DNA of 64,000 nucleotides from a virus: IMG/VR virus record IMGVR_UViG_3300029908_000016, positions 17,006 to 81,005 of that record; one strand, 5' to 3'. Shown piece by piece: positions 46,863 to 56,828 of this stretch (position 1 is its first letter; each line of letters starts with the position of its first letter). The notes under the pieces were generated by a model. It saw only the letters and a program-made list of their open reading frames with translations, ran no database searches and was not told where the DNA came from. The position numbers and the translations under genes were made by a program.

Positions 46863-48715
46863 TGGAAACTACCGTAGGTCACATACTTTTAAAAAATTTG
46901 TTACCTAAAGACTTACAGCATTATGCGAGTAAAACATTAGATAAGAAAAACATCGAAGCACTGTTCAAGGATATTACTGTTCATCATCCTGAACAGTTTA
47001 ATCATTTAGCTTCTGAAATTGCGAGATTCGGGTTTGAAACTAGTACTAGGCAAGGTTCTTCAGTTTCTTTAGAAGATTTAAAATCTCCAATTGATAAGAA
47101 TAAACGATTTGATGAATTAGAAGCTGAAATAGCAAAGATTCGAAAAAAGGGGTTATCCAAGGAAAAAGAGAATGAAGAAATATTAGAAAAATATTTTGAA
47201 TTCACTTCAACAATGGATAAAGACATTATTGAAGAAGGCTTAAAAAAAGACAATACATTAGCCAAGATTATTAAAGCAGGTGCCAGAGGTTCAGTGGCTC
47301 AATATCGTTCAACCGTAGCTTCTCCTGGGTTGGTCTTGGATTCTAAAGAAAATCCGTTAGTAAATTTTCCAGTTAAGCACTCGTTTAGTGAAGGATTATC
47401 TTTACCGGAATACCTAATTACTTCATATGGAGCACGTTCTGGAGAATTGAGCAAGAAGGTAGGTACTGCGAAAGGAGGCTATTACGCAAAACAGACGAGT
47501 AGATCTTCATTAACCATACAAGTTGTTGAACATGATTGTGGGACAGCTAATGGTGTACCTTTTCCAGTTAGTGATAGAGACTCGATAGGCTCTTTTTTAG
47601 CACATCCAATTCAAGGTTACAAAAAAAATAATGAGATTACTGCTGAAGTATTAGCCGACTTACAAAATAAAAAAGTATTCCAAATCGTCGTAAGATCACC
47701 TTTAACATGTCAATCATCCAAACAATTTCATAATGGTGCAGTTTGTCAGTTATGTACAGGTATACGAGAAAATGGATTACCTGAGATTGGCAGTTATGTT
47801 GGTGTTATTGCAGCGGGGTCTATTTCTGAACCGTTATCCCAGAGTCTACTAAATCGGAAGCATACAAGCGGAACTGCTTCTGGTACAAGTACTTCTGTTG
47901 GTTTTGACCTCATCAATCAATTGGCAAATATACCTAAAAATTTTCCCGAAGGAGCAACAATAGCTAGTCATGCTGGAAAAATTACTTCGATCAAAAAAGC
48001 AGATGCAGGTGGTCATTATATTAACGTGGATAAGACAGAACACTATGTTCAACCGGGATTTAATATGCATGTTAATCTTGGGGATGAAGTAGAGGCTGGT
48101 GATGTTCTTTCTGAGGGGGTTATTGACCCCAGTGAAATTGTTAAACATAAAGGTATTGGAGCAGGAAGAAAGCATTATGTAGAGGCCATGCACAAAGCTT
48201 TTAAAGAATCAGGAATTGGAGTCAATCGTCGTAATTTTGAATTAGTAGCTAAAAATGCGATTGATCATGTAAAGATTATTGATCCATCTGGCTTAGGAGA
48301 TTATTTACCCGATCAGATTGTTAGTTATCAAGGTTTGGAAAAAAGTTATCATCCTAGAGAGAATAGTAAATTAATGAGGATCGATGTAGCTAAAGGCCAT
48401 TATTTGGAAGAACCTGTGTTACATTTTACAATTGGTACATTGATTACAAAATCTGTTATCGAGGAATTGAAACGTAATGGTGTTGAATCGATAAATGTTA
48501 ATGAGCATAAACCAGGTTTTGAGCCTGTAATGCAACGTCTTCTTGATGTTCCGGAATATGAACCGGATTTATTTCACCAACTGTATTCTACATATTTAAA
48601 TAAACGATTGTCTACTGCTGTTAATACGGGTGTTGGTGCGAGTAGTGATTTAAAAGGACCATCTCCAATATTAGGGCTTGCGTATAGTAAAGGTTTCGGT
48701 TCAGGCCAATATTAG
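46862..48715 (+). CDS. rpoC: RNA polymerase beta' subunit, C-terminal fragment
   Basis: TTVG, AGARGS, FSEGLSLPEY...YGARSG (bridge helix), HDCGT, VRSPLTC..VCQLC, GVIAAGSISEPLSQ..NRKH (trigger loop). Confidence 0.92.
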   Translation: METTVGHILLKNLLPKDLQHYASKTLDKKNIEALFKDITVHHPEQFNHLASEIARFGFETSTRQGSSVSLEDLKSPIDKNKRFDELEAEIAKIRKKGLSKEKENEEILEKYFEFTSTMDKDIIEEGLKKDNTLAKIIKAGARGSVAQYRSTVASPGLVLDSKENPLVNFPVKHSFSEGLSLPEYLITSYGARSGELSKKVGTAKGGYYAKQTSRSSLTIQVVEHDCGTANGVPFPVSDRDSIGSFLAHPIQGYKKNNEITAEVLADLQNKKVFQIVVRSPLTCQSSKQFHNGAVCQLCTGIRENGLPEIGSYVGVIAAGSISEPLSQSLLNRKHTSGTASGTSTSVGFDLINQLANIPKNFPEGATIASHAGKITSIKKADAGGHYINVDKTEHYVQPGFNMHVNLGDEVEAGDVLSEGVIDPSEIVKHKGIGAGRKHYVEAMHKAFKESGIGVNRRNFELVAKNAIDHVKIIDPSGLGDYLPDQIVSYQGLEKSYHPRENSKLMRIDVAKGHYLEEPVLHFTIGTLITKSVIEELKRNGVESINVNEHKPGFEPVMQRLLDVPEYEPDLFHQLYSTYLNKRLSTAVNTGVGASSDLKGPSPILGLAYSKGFGSGQY

Positions 48716-48762
48716 AAATAAAAAGCTTTAATCCTTAGAATATAGGTTGTAATATAATAATT

Positions 48763-51018
48763 ATGGCATTTAAAAAGCATTCTGCACCTACAAAGGGTGA
48801 TGAATTAGAATCCTCTTTCTTTCAATTGAGTTACAACCTACTTCAAGACAAGTGTAAGGCTTTGCTGCCATATTTAATAGGCTTTGAAATAAAGGACAAA
48901 ACTGATGATGGTACGAAAGCTTTGGGAATGTTTGGTTTTCGCGGAGATGAAGGACAAATATTATTTGTTCCTGTATTCTTTGTCAACGGTTCGGTAAAGG
49001 GTCTGGATATTTTATATTCTCGTGATTCCGAGCAGTTTTATCCTTTGAATGAGGATTTCGTAGAAATGTTGATCGGCAAAGACAATCAGCAAGCAGGTGC
49101 AAAGTCAAACGAGTCTCGTCAAAGTGTCATGGCTGACAATTCGACGAACGGTATTCTCGATATGGTGCGTCCTCCTCGTACTGGAAAATATACGTATGCC
49201 AGCAGTGATGAGTTTCCTACACTTTTGGAAATGATTGAAAAACATGATCGTAACATCAAATACTCATGTTTGGACTTTATCAAGAATTCCGATAATTTTG
49301 TTAAGAAATCGTTCGATTCCCTCTTGAGCAGGAATTCAGATTTTCTAGAAACATTGTTGAGATATCATTCAGTTGAAAAGATCGCTGAGGCTTTGGTGCC
49401 TAAGGTATTACCTCCTAAAGACAAACCTGGAAAAGAGTATCGGGATGCTGATCAAGTAAAATTGATTAATGAAGGTGAAACAGACAAGGCAAAGGTATTG
49501 GACGAGGCAGAGAAACAGGAATTGGCTACCAAGGGTTTTGTTATAGTCGATAAACGACCAGAGGAAAAGAAATCGAAATTTGCACCTGTAAATCTAGCTT
49601 TAAGTTTTGCCAATCCTTCGGTTTCTGGATTTTACCCTTATCTTACACAATCTGGTGAAATACGTTATGGTCTGGTTCTGGTTAAACCTGAGCAACTGAA
49701 TTTACATTTTACTTTAGATGACTCAATAGTTGTCGATTTGGACGCAGATAAAAAGGGTAAGGCATATATCGTCGATACCAAGAAATTGTTTGTTAAGAAT
49801 CTTATCGTTGTTCAAGATTATAAAGACGTTTATCGTGGGTTTGAAAATCCTTCCGATGTTAAACCTGGATTTTCAGAAATTTATGTTTTAATTAATGAGA
49901 ATTTGAAAGCTACCCAACCCTTTCGAATAATCGCTAATTTTAAAGACTCCTCAGGTATTCGGCGTTTGAATGTAGAACCCTGGCAATCTTACGAACGTAC
50001 AACATTGGATAATTACGGTACAAAGCCGTTAAAAACTGGAGAACGTCCGGGTAGTGTGCACAGCTTACCAGATGGTAATTATTATAATAATCCAAAGAAG
50101 GTTTCTAAACAATTTTTGGTAATGACCAAGAATGTTGGTGATAAATTTACTATCAAAGGTGAAACGACTTACGTTCCTGCAGGCTATAAGCTTTTAAAAC
50201 TTGATCTGACCAATGTATATGACTCGAATGGTGGAGTAGATGAGGATTATGTAAGAGGTAAGCCAGGTGGTCTGGATGCTTTGAATGTTGCATTGGGCGA
50301 ACGCCAAGTATATCCGATGACTATTCATAATAATGGTAGTGAATATTTTGTTAGCGTAAAGGATGTACAAAAACGGTTCAAAAATGATCGTATGGCCAAG
50401 ATCGGTATGGTTATGGATTTTGGATTGGGTTATAAAGAAGCTTGTGAAGTGATTGATAATATTCGGCCTACTTACAAAGTTAAGGGTTATCTAAAGGTTG
50501 CGGATACAGGAGCTTATCCTGCACAGCCAATTGAAGAAGTACCTTATATTAATGAATTTGGTACGCCTACTTATCAGGGATATGGTACGGAAAATGTGGC
50601 ACCCATCGATAATTATTACGACAAAGATCCTACGAGAATGGGGTTGGGTGTAAAACCAGATGTCGAGGGTATCGATACTGAAATCAATAAAGCTATTCAA
50701 ATGGCTCAAAGTGGGCAGAAAGAAGTCTTTGATTCTCATACAATTGCTACAATGGCTAAGTACGTTAATCCTTCAGACAAGATCACGGAATATACTCCTA
50801 AACTTTTAGACGCTCTTGATAAGCTGGGTAGACTATTATTCCTTACTCATTGGGAAGTCGATAAATTCACACAGATGTATGGTCGTGATGACATGCCCAA
50901 GTTCATTGAATTATTGACAGATGTATTCCGTAATCTTGGTGATACAATTATTTTTCTTAAACGTAAATCTCCGGATTTGACTATTAATATGGGTCAACAG
51001 GATGCATTGGATGTTTAA
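48763..51018 (+). CDS. large putative virion/morphogenesis protein
   Basis: 751 aa ORF at start of head region; KHSA and LKVA sites; function not recognised. Confidence 0.6.
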   Translation: MAFKKHSAPTKGDELESSFFQLSYNLLQDKCKALLPYLIGFEIKDKTDDGTKALGMFGFRGDEGQILFVPVFFVNGSVKGLDILYSRDSEQFYPLNEDFVEMLIGKDNQQAGAKSNESRQSVMADNSTNGILDMVRPPRTGKYTYASSDEFPTLLEMIEKHDRNIKYSCLDFIKNSDNFVKKSFDSLLSRNSDFLETLLRYHSVEKIAEALVPKVLPPKDKPGKEYRDADQVKLINEGETDKAKVLDEAEKQELATKGFVIVDKRPEEKKSKFAPVNLALSFANPSVSGFYPYLTQSGEIRYGLVLVKPEQLNLHFTLDDSIVVDLDADKKGKAYIVDTKKLFVKNLIVVQDYKDVYRGFENPSDVKPGFSEIYVLINENLKATQPFRIIANFKDSSGIRRLNVEPWQSYERTTLDNYGTKPLKTGERPGSVHSLPDGNYYNNPKKVSKQFLVMTKNVGDKFTIKGETTYVPAGYKLLKLDLTNVYDSNGGVDEDYVRGKPGGLDALNVALGERQVYPMTIHNNGSEYFVSVKDVQKRFKNDRMAKIGMVMDFGLGYKEACEVIDNIRPTYKVKGYLKVADTGAYPAQPIEEVPYINEFGTPTYQGYGTENVAPIDNYYDKDPTRMGLGVKPDVEGIDTEINKAIQMAQSGQKEVFDSHTIATMAKYVNPSDKITEYTPKLLDALDKLGRLLFLTHWEVDKFTQMYGRDDMPKFIELLTDVFRNLGDTIIFLKRKSPDLTINMGQQDALDV

Positions 51019-51030
51019 CATGGTTGACCA

Positions 51031-52152
51031 ATGGCAAATGAAAAACCACAAAACAGTCCTTCCGATATCGCTAAAAGTTATGTTGCCCTCCATACTTTAA
51101 GAGATTATTTATATCAGCAAAAGCCAAAGAGTTTATTAGCAACTGATTTCGTTGAAGATATTCCTTCGTTAAGACCGTTTGGTTCTGCGTTTTCAAACAT
51201 ACTGCCGTCTGCAGCAATCATTTCCAAAGATCCTGCTGAACGGCATAAGCAAATCAATCAAGCGTTACACAGCATACGTCAGGCTTCAAAGAAAGACCAT
51301 CCTGTAGCACAGGAAGCATTAGCATCGGCAGCAAAGTTTGGCTTGGGCAGTATTCCATTATCATTGGCTTTTGGATTGGCTGAAAAGTCGTTACATATTC
51401 CCAAGTTGCATGAAATGCTTAGAGGGCAAAGACCTAGAGTGACACTCAAAGAAAATTTTGCTACTCCAGAAAAACGTAAGGAGTTACGTAAGTATCTGGG
51501 CGACTCGGTAAAAGCAGGAGTTGTACAGGGAGCCGTTTTTGGGGCAACACCTGTATTATTAAGTAATTCTTCAAAGTTTGATAAAAAACATTTGGATTCC
51601 GCCGCAAAGGTATTGAATGAACATCCAAATATCTCTGCTTTACCGGGAGCGGATTTAGCTGCTTTAAATAATCAGAATAAAAATAAAAAGGACAATCCAA
51701 CTTTTGATCATTTGAAGAATATGACTTACGGGGGGTTGGCAGGAGGAGGGGGAGCATTAGCCGTTCAAGGAAGTGCAATGGCTAGTAAATATCTAAGTAA
51801 TCAAATTGCACCAACTCTCACAAAGATACATAATTCCAGAAATCATGGATTATTGAATTTCAATAGATGGTTGACCCCACGAGGTAAATCATCTATTGAA
51901 TTGAAAGGTACAGGACTCAGAGGGTCAAAAGAATTAAATAGAAAAGATCCTACACATTTTAAACAAATTCATAACACGTTAAAGAAGCATTTCCCTACCA
52001 ATTTTAAACCTCATTTATATAATAAATCGGAGATTCTGGAGCCTTTGACTTGGAAATCGATGAAAAAACCTGTTTTAGGTTTAGCTGCTTTAGGTGTAGG
52101 ATTATCAGGGTTAGGTTCTTATCTATCTCATCCTGCACATAAAAATGAATAA
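51031..52152 (+). CDS. glycine-zipper-rich putative internal protein
   Basis: Four Gly/Ala-rich hydrophobic segments in a basic protein. Confidence 0.6.
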   Translation: MANEKPQNSPSDIAKSYVALHTLRDYLYQQKPKSLLATDFVEDIPSLRPFGSAFSNILPSAAIISKDPAERHKQINQALHSIRQASKKDHPVAQEALASAAKFGLGSIPLSLAFGLAEKSLHIPKLHEMLRGQRPRVTLKENFATPEKRKELRKYLGDSVKAGVVQGAVFGATPVLLSNSSKFDKKHLDSAAKVLNEHPNISALPGADLAALNNQNKNKKDNPTFDHLKNMTYGGLAGGGGALAVQGSAMASKYLSNQIAPTLTKIHNSRNHGLLNFNRWLTPRGKSSIELKGTGLRGSKELNRKDPTHFKQIHNTLKKHFPTNFKPHLYNKSEILEPLTWKSMKKPVLGLAALGVGLSGLGSYLSHPAHKNE

Positions 52153-53278
52153 TGTGGTGGTATTCTCAAAGATTGGCTCGTTCTTCAATCGTCCAGATTG
52201 GCGTTGGCATATCTTTTTGAATCCATTCAATAATTTTAAGCCCAATACGTTCTTACCTCATTTAAGAACAGCCAAAAGATTATCCACACAAAAGTATTGG
52301 AATACAGACCATGGTAAATATCTAAAGAGATTTGCTAAGCACACGGATAATACCATAACGTTTAATACTCGATTATCCGAAGACAGTCAGCGTATCTTTG
52401 ACGAGTTGGATGAGGAAGATCAACGAGTATTCATTGACGAACAAATATTACAATTACGATCTGAAGGGTTATCGAGATTTACCTTTAATAAACCTGAAAA
52501 ATTATCAATCAACAATTGGCAGTGGCGTTTAAAGTATATTAACCGCATCGATGATGATTACTTTCAAAGAATCATTAAGCATTTTACAAATATCGAGCAT
52601 AATGAGTATATTGAAGAAGCTATCAAATATAAGTATTCAGATGCTCACGAAACGCTTTTACGGTATATTGGTTATTTGATTTATATCGAAGAACCAGATT
52701 GGAAAATCGCTAAGGAATTAAAATTCAAGATTCAACAAATTACAGCGATTCGAAAACTATTTTTTGATTTTAGTAATGCTCCAAGAAGTACGGTTGGTAA
52801 TGCAGCCTATCTAAGGCAATTGGTAAATAATCATATTTTTAAAGAGGCGGATTTCAACACATTCAAATCAATGAATCGATTAGGTATTATTGCGTTAAAA
52901 GCTAAGGCAGACATCAAGACTTTGAACGAACCGGAACTTAAAGTATTTTGTAAGGATATGAAGCTTAGCCCGTTAGAAAAATTGGTGACTCTGGATAATT
53001 CAGTACGTTCTAGTCAGGACGCACGAGCATTTGTCAGTATATCCAATACATTTTCGAATTTACAACTTGAGCATGATCGATTGAACTTTTTGAGAGCTAG
53101 AGAAGAAAATGAACGCATGAAAACCGAAAAGCTCAGAGGAGAAATCAGTTTGAATTCCGGTAAGGATGTATCAACTGACGAAACCACTCTGTTGCTTTTG
53201 GATACGATTTATAAAGAATCAATCAAAAATAACGCACCACCAAATATCAAGTCCTTTGATGAGATCGTTAAAGATTAG
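52145..53278 (+). CDS. hypothetical protein
   Basis: 377 aa; repeated P/N-x-W-R/Q-W motif. Confidence 0.6.
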   Translation: MNNVVVFSKIGSFFNRPDWRWHIFLNPFNNFKPNTFLPHLRTAKRLSTQKYWNTDHGKYLKRFAKHTDNTITFNTRLSEDSQRIFDELDEEDQRVFIDEQILQLRSEGLSRFTFNKPEKLSINNWQWRLKYINRIDDDYFQRIIKHFTNIEHNEYIEEAIKYKYSDAHETLLRYIGYLIYIEEPDWKIAKELKFKIQQITAIRKLFFDFSNAPRSTVGNAAYLRQLVNNHIFKEADFNTFKSMNRLGIIALKAKADIKTLNEPELKVFCKDMKLSPLEKLVTLDNSVRSSQDARAFVSISNTFSNLQLEHDRLNFLRAREENERMKTEKLRGEISLNSGKDVSTDETTLLLLDTIYKESIKNNAPPNIKSFDEIVKD

Positions 53279-53321
53279 AATTGAAGTACTAACATATATA
53301 AGTCATAATTAAAAATAGTTT

Positions 53322-54590
53322 ATGGACAAGCAACCGAATATTTTAATCAAAGAAGCCTTACAACAAGCCGTCCAGGAAATTAACAACGGCATTACACCTA
53401 CGGAGGCTTTAAAAAAAGCTGCTGAATATTATGATTTGAATCATAATTTTATTCAACGTACCGGTGAAGCTTTGAATACCGCGTTGCATTATCATCATTT
53501 CAAAACGGCTAGCGATAAAGCGGCTGAATTTCCATTAGCTGATATCAATAAGGTAGTTAACGATTTATATAACGAAAACGAAAAGACGGCTAATCATCAG
53601 AAATCTGATTTTTTCCCATCTAACGAGTTGTTTAACCCAATTCCAGATTTGGATAAAATCTTTAATCGCCCTCAGTATAAGGAAGCGTATTTAAAAATTA
53701 CAAACGCTCCTAAAGATGTAAAGCCTTCATTGTCATACAAAGCGGTTTTGGAAAAATCTTCGAATTACATTCGTGATCTGGAAAAACAAGTAACGAATGC
53801 TCAGATTAAAGAATCCGAAGCAACATTGAATATTGACGCAGCTTTCTTTAATTTGGCTAACACTTTTAAAAAGGATGCAGGTTACAGAACATCGTTTGAA
53901 GAATTTGAAAGCCAGGCGTTCTCGAAGTTTGGAGAGAAATCGCTACCATATCTGGATTTGATGTACAAGCATTCGGAATTGAAAGAAGATCGTGGTGTAC
54001 ATGATTCCGGTTATATAATGTTTGAGGAATGTCCTGAATTGAAGAAGTTTAGTAAATTTTTTGAATACGTTGATCAGGTTGACGAGATCAAAAAAGAAGC
54101 TAGTGATGCTTTGGAGAATCTGACATTCGAAAAACAATATATCTCTGAAATTTATAAGAGTGCAGAGGATTTAAAAAAAAAGAATAACGAGTTGGTGGTA
54201 GAACCTGCTGTCGAGAAAGAAGCAGGAATGATGGATATCTTCAAGCACGTTCAAGAGCAGTTAAAGAACGATCAACGAAAGAGTCCTGGTACACATGTTA
54301 ATCATGATTTAGATAAGTTTGAGCAACAGGCCATACTTCAGGACATCATATTAACTGACCCGATTTTAAAACATGAAAATCCTCACAAGGTAATAGAAGC
54401 CTACGAACAGATAGCTAGATTAGCTCCTGACCTATCAAGGGAAAAACCTGTTGTAGTCTCTTTAATTCGTCAGCTTTTATCAGGGCAAGCCTTAGCTCCT
54501 CATGCCAGTAATATGTTAGTTGAGAATAACATTAATATGCTTAAACTCAAGGGGTTACAACAAGGATCTCCTCAACAACACAATAAATAA
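53322..54590 (+). CDS. helical putative virion protein
   Basis: 422 aa; FKTA, EKTA, YKSA, EKEA sites. Confidence 0.6.
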   Translation: MDKQPNILIKEALQQAVQEINNGITPTEALKKAAEYYDLNHNFIQRTGEALNTALHYHHFKTASDKAAEFPLADINKVVNDLYNENEKTANHQKSDFFPSNELFNPIPDLDKIFNRPQYKEAYLKITNAPKDVKPSLSYKAVLEKSSNYIRDLEKQVTNAQIKESEATLNIDAAFFNLANTFKKDAGYRTSFEEFESQAFSKFGEKSLPYLDLMYKHSELKEDRGVHDSGYIMFEECPELKKFSKFFEYVDQVDEIKKEASDALENLTFEKQYISEIYKSAEDLKKKNNELVVEPAVEKEAGMMDIFKHVQEQLKNDQRKSPGTHVNHDLDKFEQQAILQDIILTDPILKHENPHKVIEAYEQIARLAPDLSREKPVVVSLIRQLLSGQALAPHASNMLVENNINMLKLKGLQQGSPQQHNK

Positions 54591-54596
54591 AAATCT

Positions 54597-54974
54597 ATGC
54601 CTGTATTATCTGAAGTAAATTCCATCAATGATAAATTATGGACGGTTACAATCTCGATCCAACCCGGTTCATTATCTCAAGCTGATGCACAATTACTTGC
54701 TAAATTTGGTGAACCTTCAATAAATACGGGGGCGACTTTGGAGAGTGGAGGATTAGCTTATACACTTCCGAATAACTATATTCGAGTTGTTTCTGATATG
54801 CCTTATATCCAAACATTCGATTCCTCTACAGCTCCATTTAATCAAGGATTTAGTAATACAGCATTACAAGTAAATGCATTTATAACGTATTTTAATGCTA
54901 CATATCTCGCTGCTTTCGTGGCACTTAGGACGAATGTGGATACATGGTCGGGGCAGTCATTGGTAACTATTTAA
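54597..54974 (+). CDS. putative structural protein
   Basis: 125 aa, low charge. Confidence 0.55.
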   Translation: MPVLSEVNSINDKLWTVTISIQPGSLSQADAQLLAKFGEPSINTGATLESGGLAYTLPNNYIRVVSDMPYIQTFDSSTAPFNQGFSNTALQVNAFITYFNATYLAAFVALRTNVDTWSGQSLVTI

Positions 54975-56020
54975 TTAATTTTTTTATGAAATATCAGAGA
55001 ATTACATTAGAAAATATTTCTAAAATTAGAGATACATACCTTGAAGGTAATAGTACTCCCGAAGTAAGTGCTCTATTAGGAATTTCTGAAGGGTCTGTTC
55101 AACGTGTTGTTAAGGAGTTAGGGATTTCTCGCCCGCTTTCAGAGGCCACTAAATTGGCCTTGACTAGGGGGCGAGGCGTTCTAACAGAACAAGGTAAACG
55201 ATCTAAACAAGAAAAATTAAAAAAACGTAAATATAAAAAAGGACCTGACCACTATCTGTATAAGGCAGAGACTATTCGGGAAGGTACGTGTTTTTATTGT
55301 GAAGAATTATTTAAGTTATCAAGCCACCAAATTTTTTGCCTGAACCACAACGAAGATGGTAAATATAAAGTTTTCTGCTCTGCCAAATGTCATAATCAAT
55401 TTCAGAAAGAAGAAATAGGTTATGGTGTATTTAATTGTCTTTTTTGTAACGAAGAAGTCGAGGTTAAGAAAGGTATGTTAAAGCGGCGTAAGTTTTGTAG
55501 TGGTAAATGTGCCGCACTACATCAATTAAAATACGGGAATCGTGTTTATGGGGTTGAGACAAGTATTGAAAAGACGATGAGGGAGATGCTTGAGAAGAAT
55601 AAAATTGAATTTGAAACACAGAAGGATATAAAAGGAACCAATACTATACCTGATTTTTTTATTAAACCTGATATTTGTATTTATTGTGATGGCGATTATT
55701 ACCATTCTTCAGATAAAGCAAAGTTAAAAGATATGAAGTTATCCAACGAACTTATGGATTTAGGGTATCGTGTAATTAGGTTTCCCGGCTCTCAAATTAA
55801 TTGGAATATTGGTCGAGTAGAAGATACGCTTTTTGAATTTATAAATGAACCTAAGTATACATTTAAGAACATTCCATTAAATTTACTTAAAAAAGATAAA
55901 GATATGTTTTCTGGGTCTACAGTAATTGCTTTTCCATTCCCGAAAAATAGAGAACCTTTGTTAGTAAAAATTCAAGAACAACCAAAATCACCTATCGAAG
56001 AAGAATTAGTAACCGTATAA
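54944..56020 (+). CDS. HTH + Zn-ribbon + Vsr/DUF559-type endonuclease (probable start MKYQR)
   Basis: HTH, C..C/FCS..C repeats, TSIE, PDF..CDGDYYH, GYRVIRF. Confidence 0.8.
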   Translation: MVGAVIGNYLINFFMKYQRITLENISKIRDTYLEGNSTPEVSALLGISEGSVQRVVKELGISRPLSEATKLALTRGRGVLTEQGKRSKQEKLKKRKYKKGPDHYLYKAETIREGTCFYCEELFKLSSHQIFCLNHNEDGKYKVFCSAKCHNQFQKEEIGYGVFNCLFCNEEVEVKKGMLKRRKFCSGKCAALHQLKYGNRVYGVETSIEKTMREMLEKNKIEFETQKDIKGTNTIPDFFIKPDICIYCDGDYYHSSDKAKLKDMKLSNELMDLGYRVIRFPGSQINWNIGRVEDTLFEFINEPKYTFKNIPLNLLKKDKDMFSGSTVIAFPFPKNREPLLVKIQEQPKSPIEEELVTV

Positions 56021-56024
56021 CCAT

Positions 56025-56177
56025 ATGAATATGAACGATAAAAATAAAAAATCTGATGCATTTGCCCCATTCGACAGAGCCTCCAGCGGGGCTTTAGGTT
56101 TAGGTTTCTCTGGATTATTAAATCATAACAAGCAACCCGCGCAACAAACTACTAATGTTAACGTTCCAGCACAATAA
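56025..56177 (+). CDS. small 50 aa protein with Gly-rich segment
   Basis: MNMNDKNKKSDAF...GALGLGFSGLL; fills intergenic gap. Confidence 0.4.
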   Translation: MNMNDKNKKSDAFAPFDRASSGALGLGFSGLLNHNKQPAQQTTNVNVPAQ

Positions 56178-56201
56178 TAAATTTCCCTACATCCTAATCT
56201 T

Positions 56202-56669
56202 ATGAACAAAGAACAATCAATCATTAACGGATTCCTTAAAGCTGCAATGGCTAAAGGATATACTCAACACGAAGCACTAGAAATTTGTAAACAGGCAAAT
56301 ACTTTGGAGGCTGTCATAGAAGCTTTAAGTCGTGGGGCAGGCAAAGTTAAAGATTTTGGTATGAATCGTGTAAACGATGTTTATAATATTCCGGAGAATT
56401 TTACAAAAGCTACAGATCTCTCAAAACAGTTAAATCCACTAAGAGCAAAGAGTCCTACTCTAAAAGGAGAATCACCAGAACTTACAGCATTCTTACGAGA
56501 TAAAGCTGATGAAGAAGCTAAACACTATATGGGATTAGCTAAAGGTGTAGGTACCGTTGGTGCGGGGTTAGGTGGATTAGGACTAGCTGGTTATGGGGCC
56601 GCACGAATGATGTCTGGTAACGATCAACAACCTTCTTACAAGCAAGCAAATTTGGGGGGGGGCAGCTAA
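56202..56669 (+). CDS. leader-bearing glycine-zipper protein; extends to 56826 if the G9 tract is G8
   Basis: GFLKAAMAKGY leader; GVGTVGAGLGGLGLAGYG; stop just after G9 run. Confidence 0.7.
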   Translation: MNKEQSIINGFLKAAMAKGYTQHEALEICKQANTLEAVIEALSRGAGKVKDFGMNRVNDVYNIPENFTKATDLSKQLNPLRAKSPTLKGESPELTAFLRDKADEEAKHYMGLAKGVGTVGAGLGGLGLAGYGAARMMSGNDQQPSYKQANLGGGS

Positions 56670-56828
56670 GAGTATAATAGGTAGTACGTTTAATAAAATG
56701 AAAAACTTTGCTTACGACCATCCAGTAGCGAGTGGTACAGTACTAGGTACGGCACCTGTACTTGGGTTGGCCACTGTGTTAAATAGCGCAAATAAAAAGA
56801 AAACTGAAGAACCTAAGACTAGCTAATC

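Noticed and set aside
22787-48715. Host chromosomal rpoBC (bacterial origin or contamination)
   Set aside because: Fragmented, diverged, no ribosomal protein neighbours, embedded among phage genes
48763-51018. Calling the 751 aa ORF portal or major capsid protein
   Set aside because: No diagnostic motif recognisable by eye; needs HHpred or structure prediction
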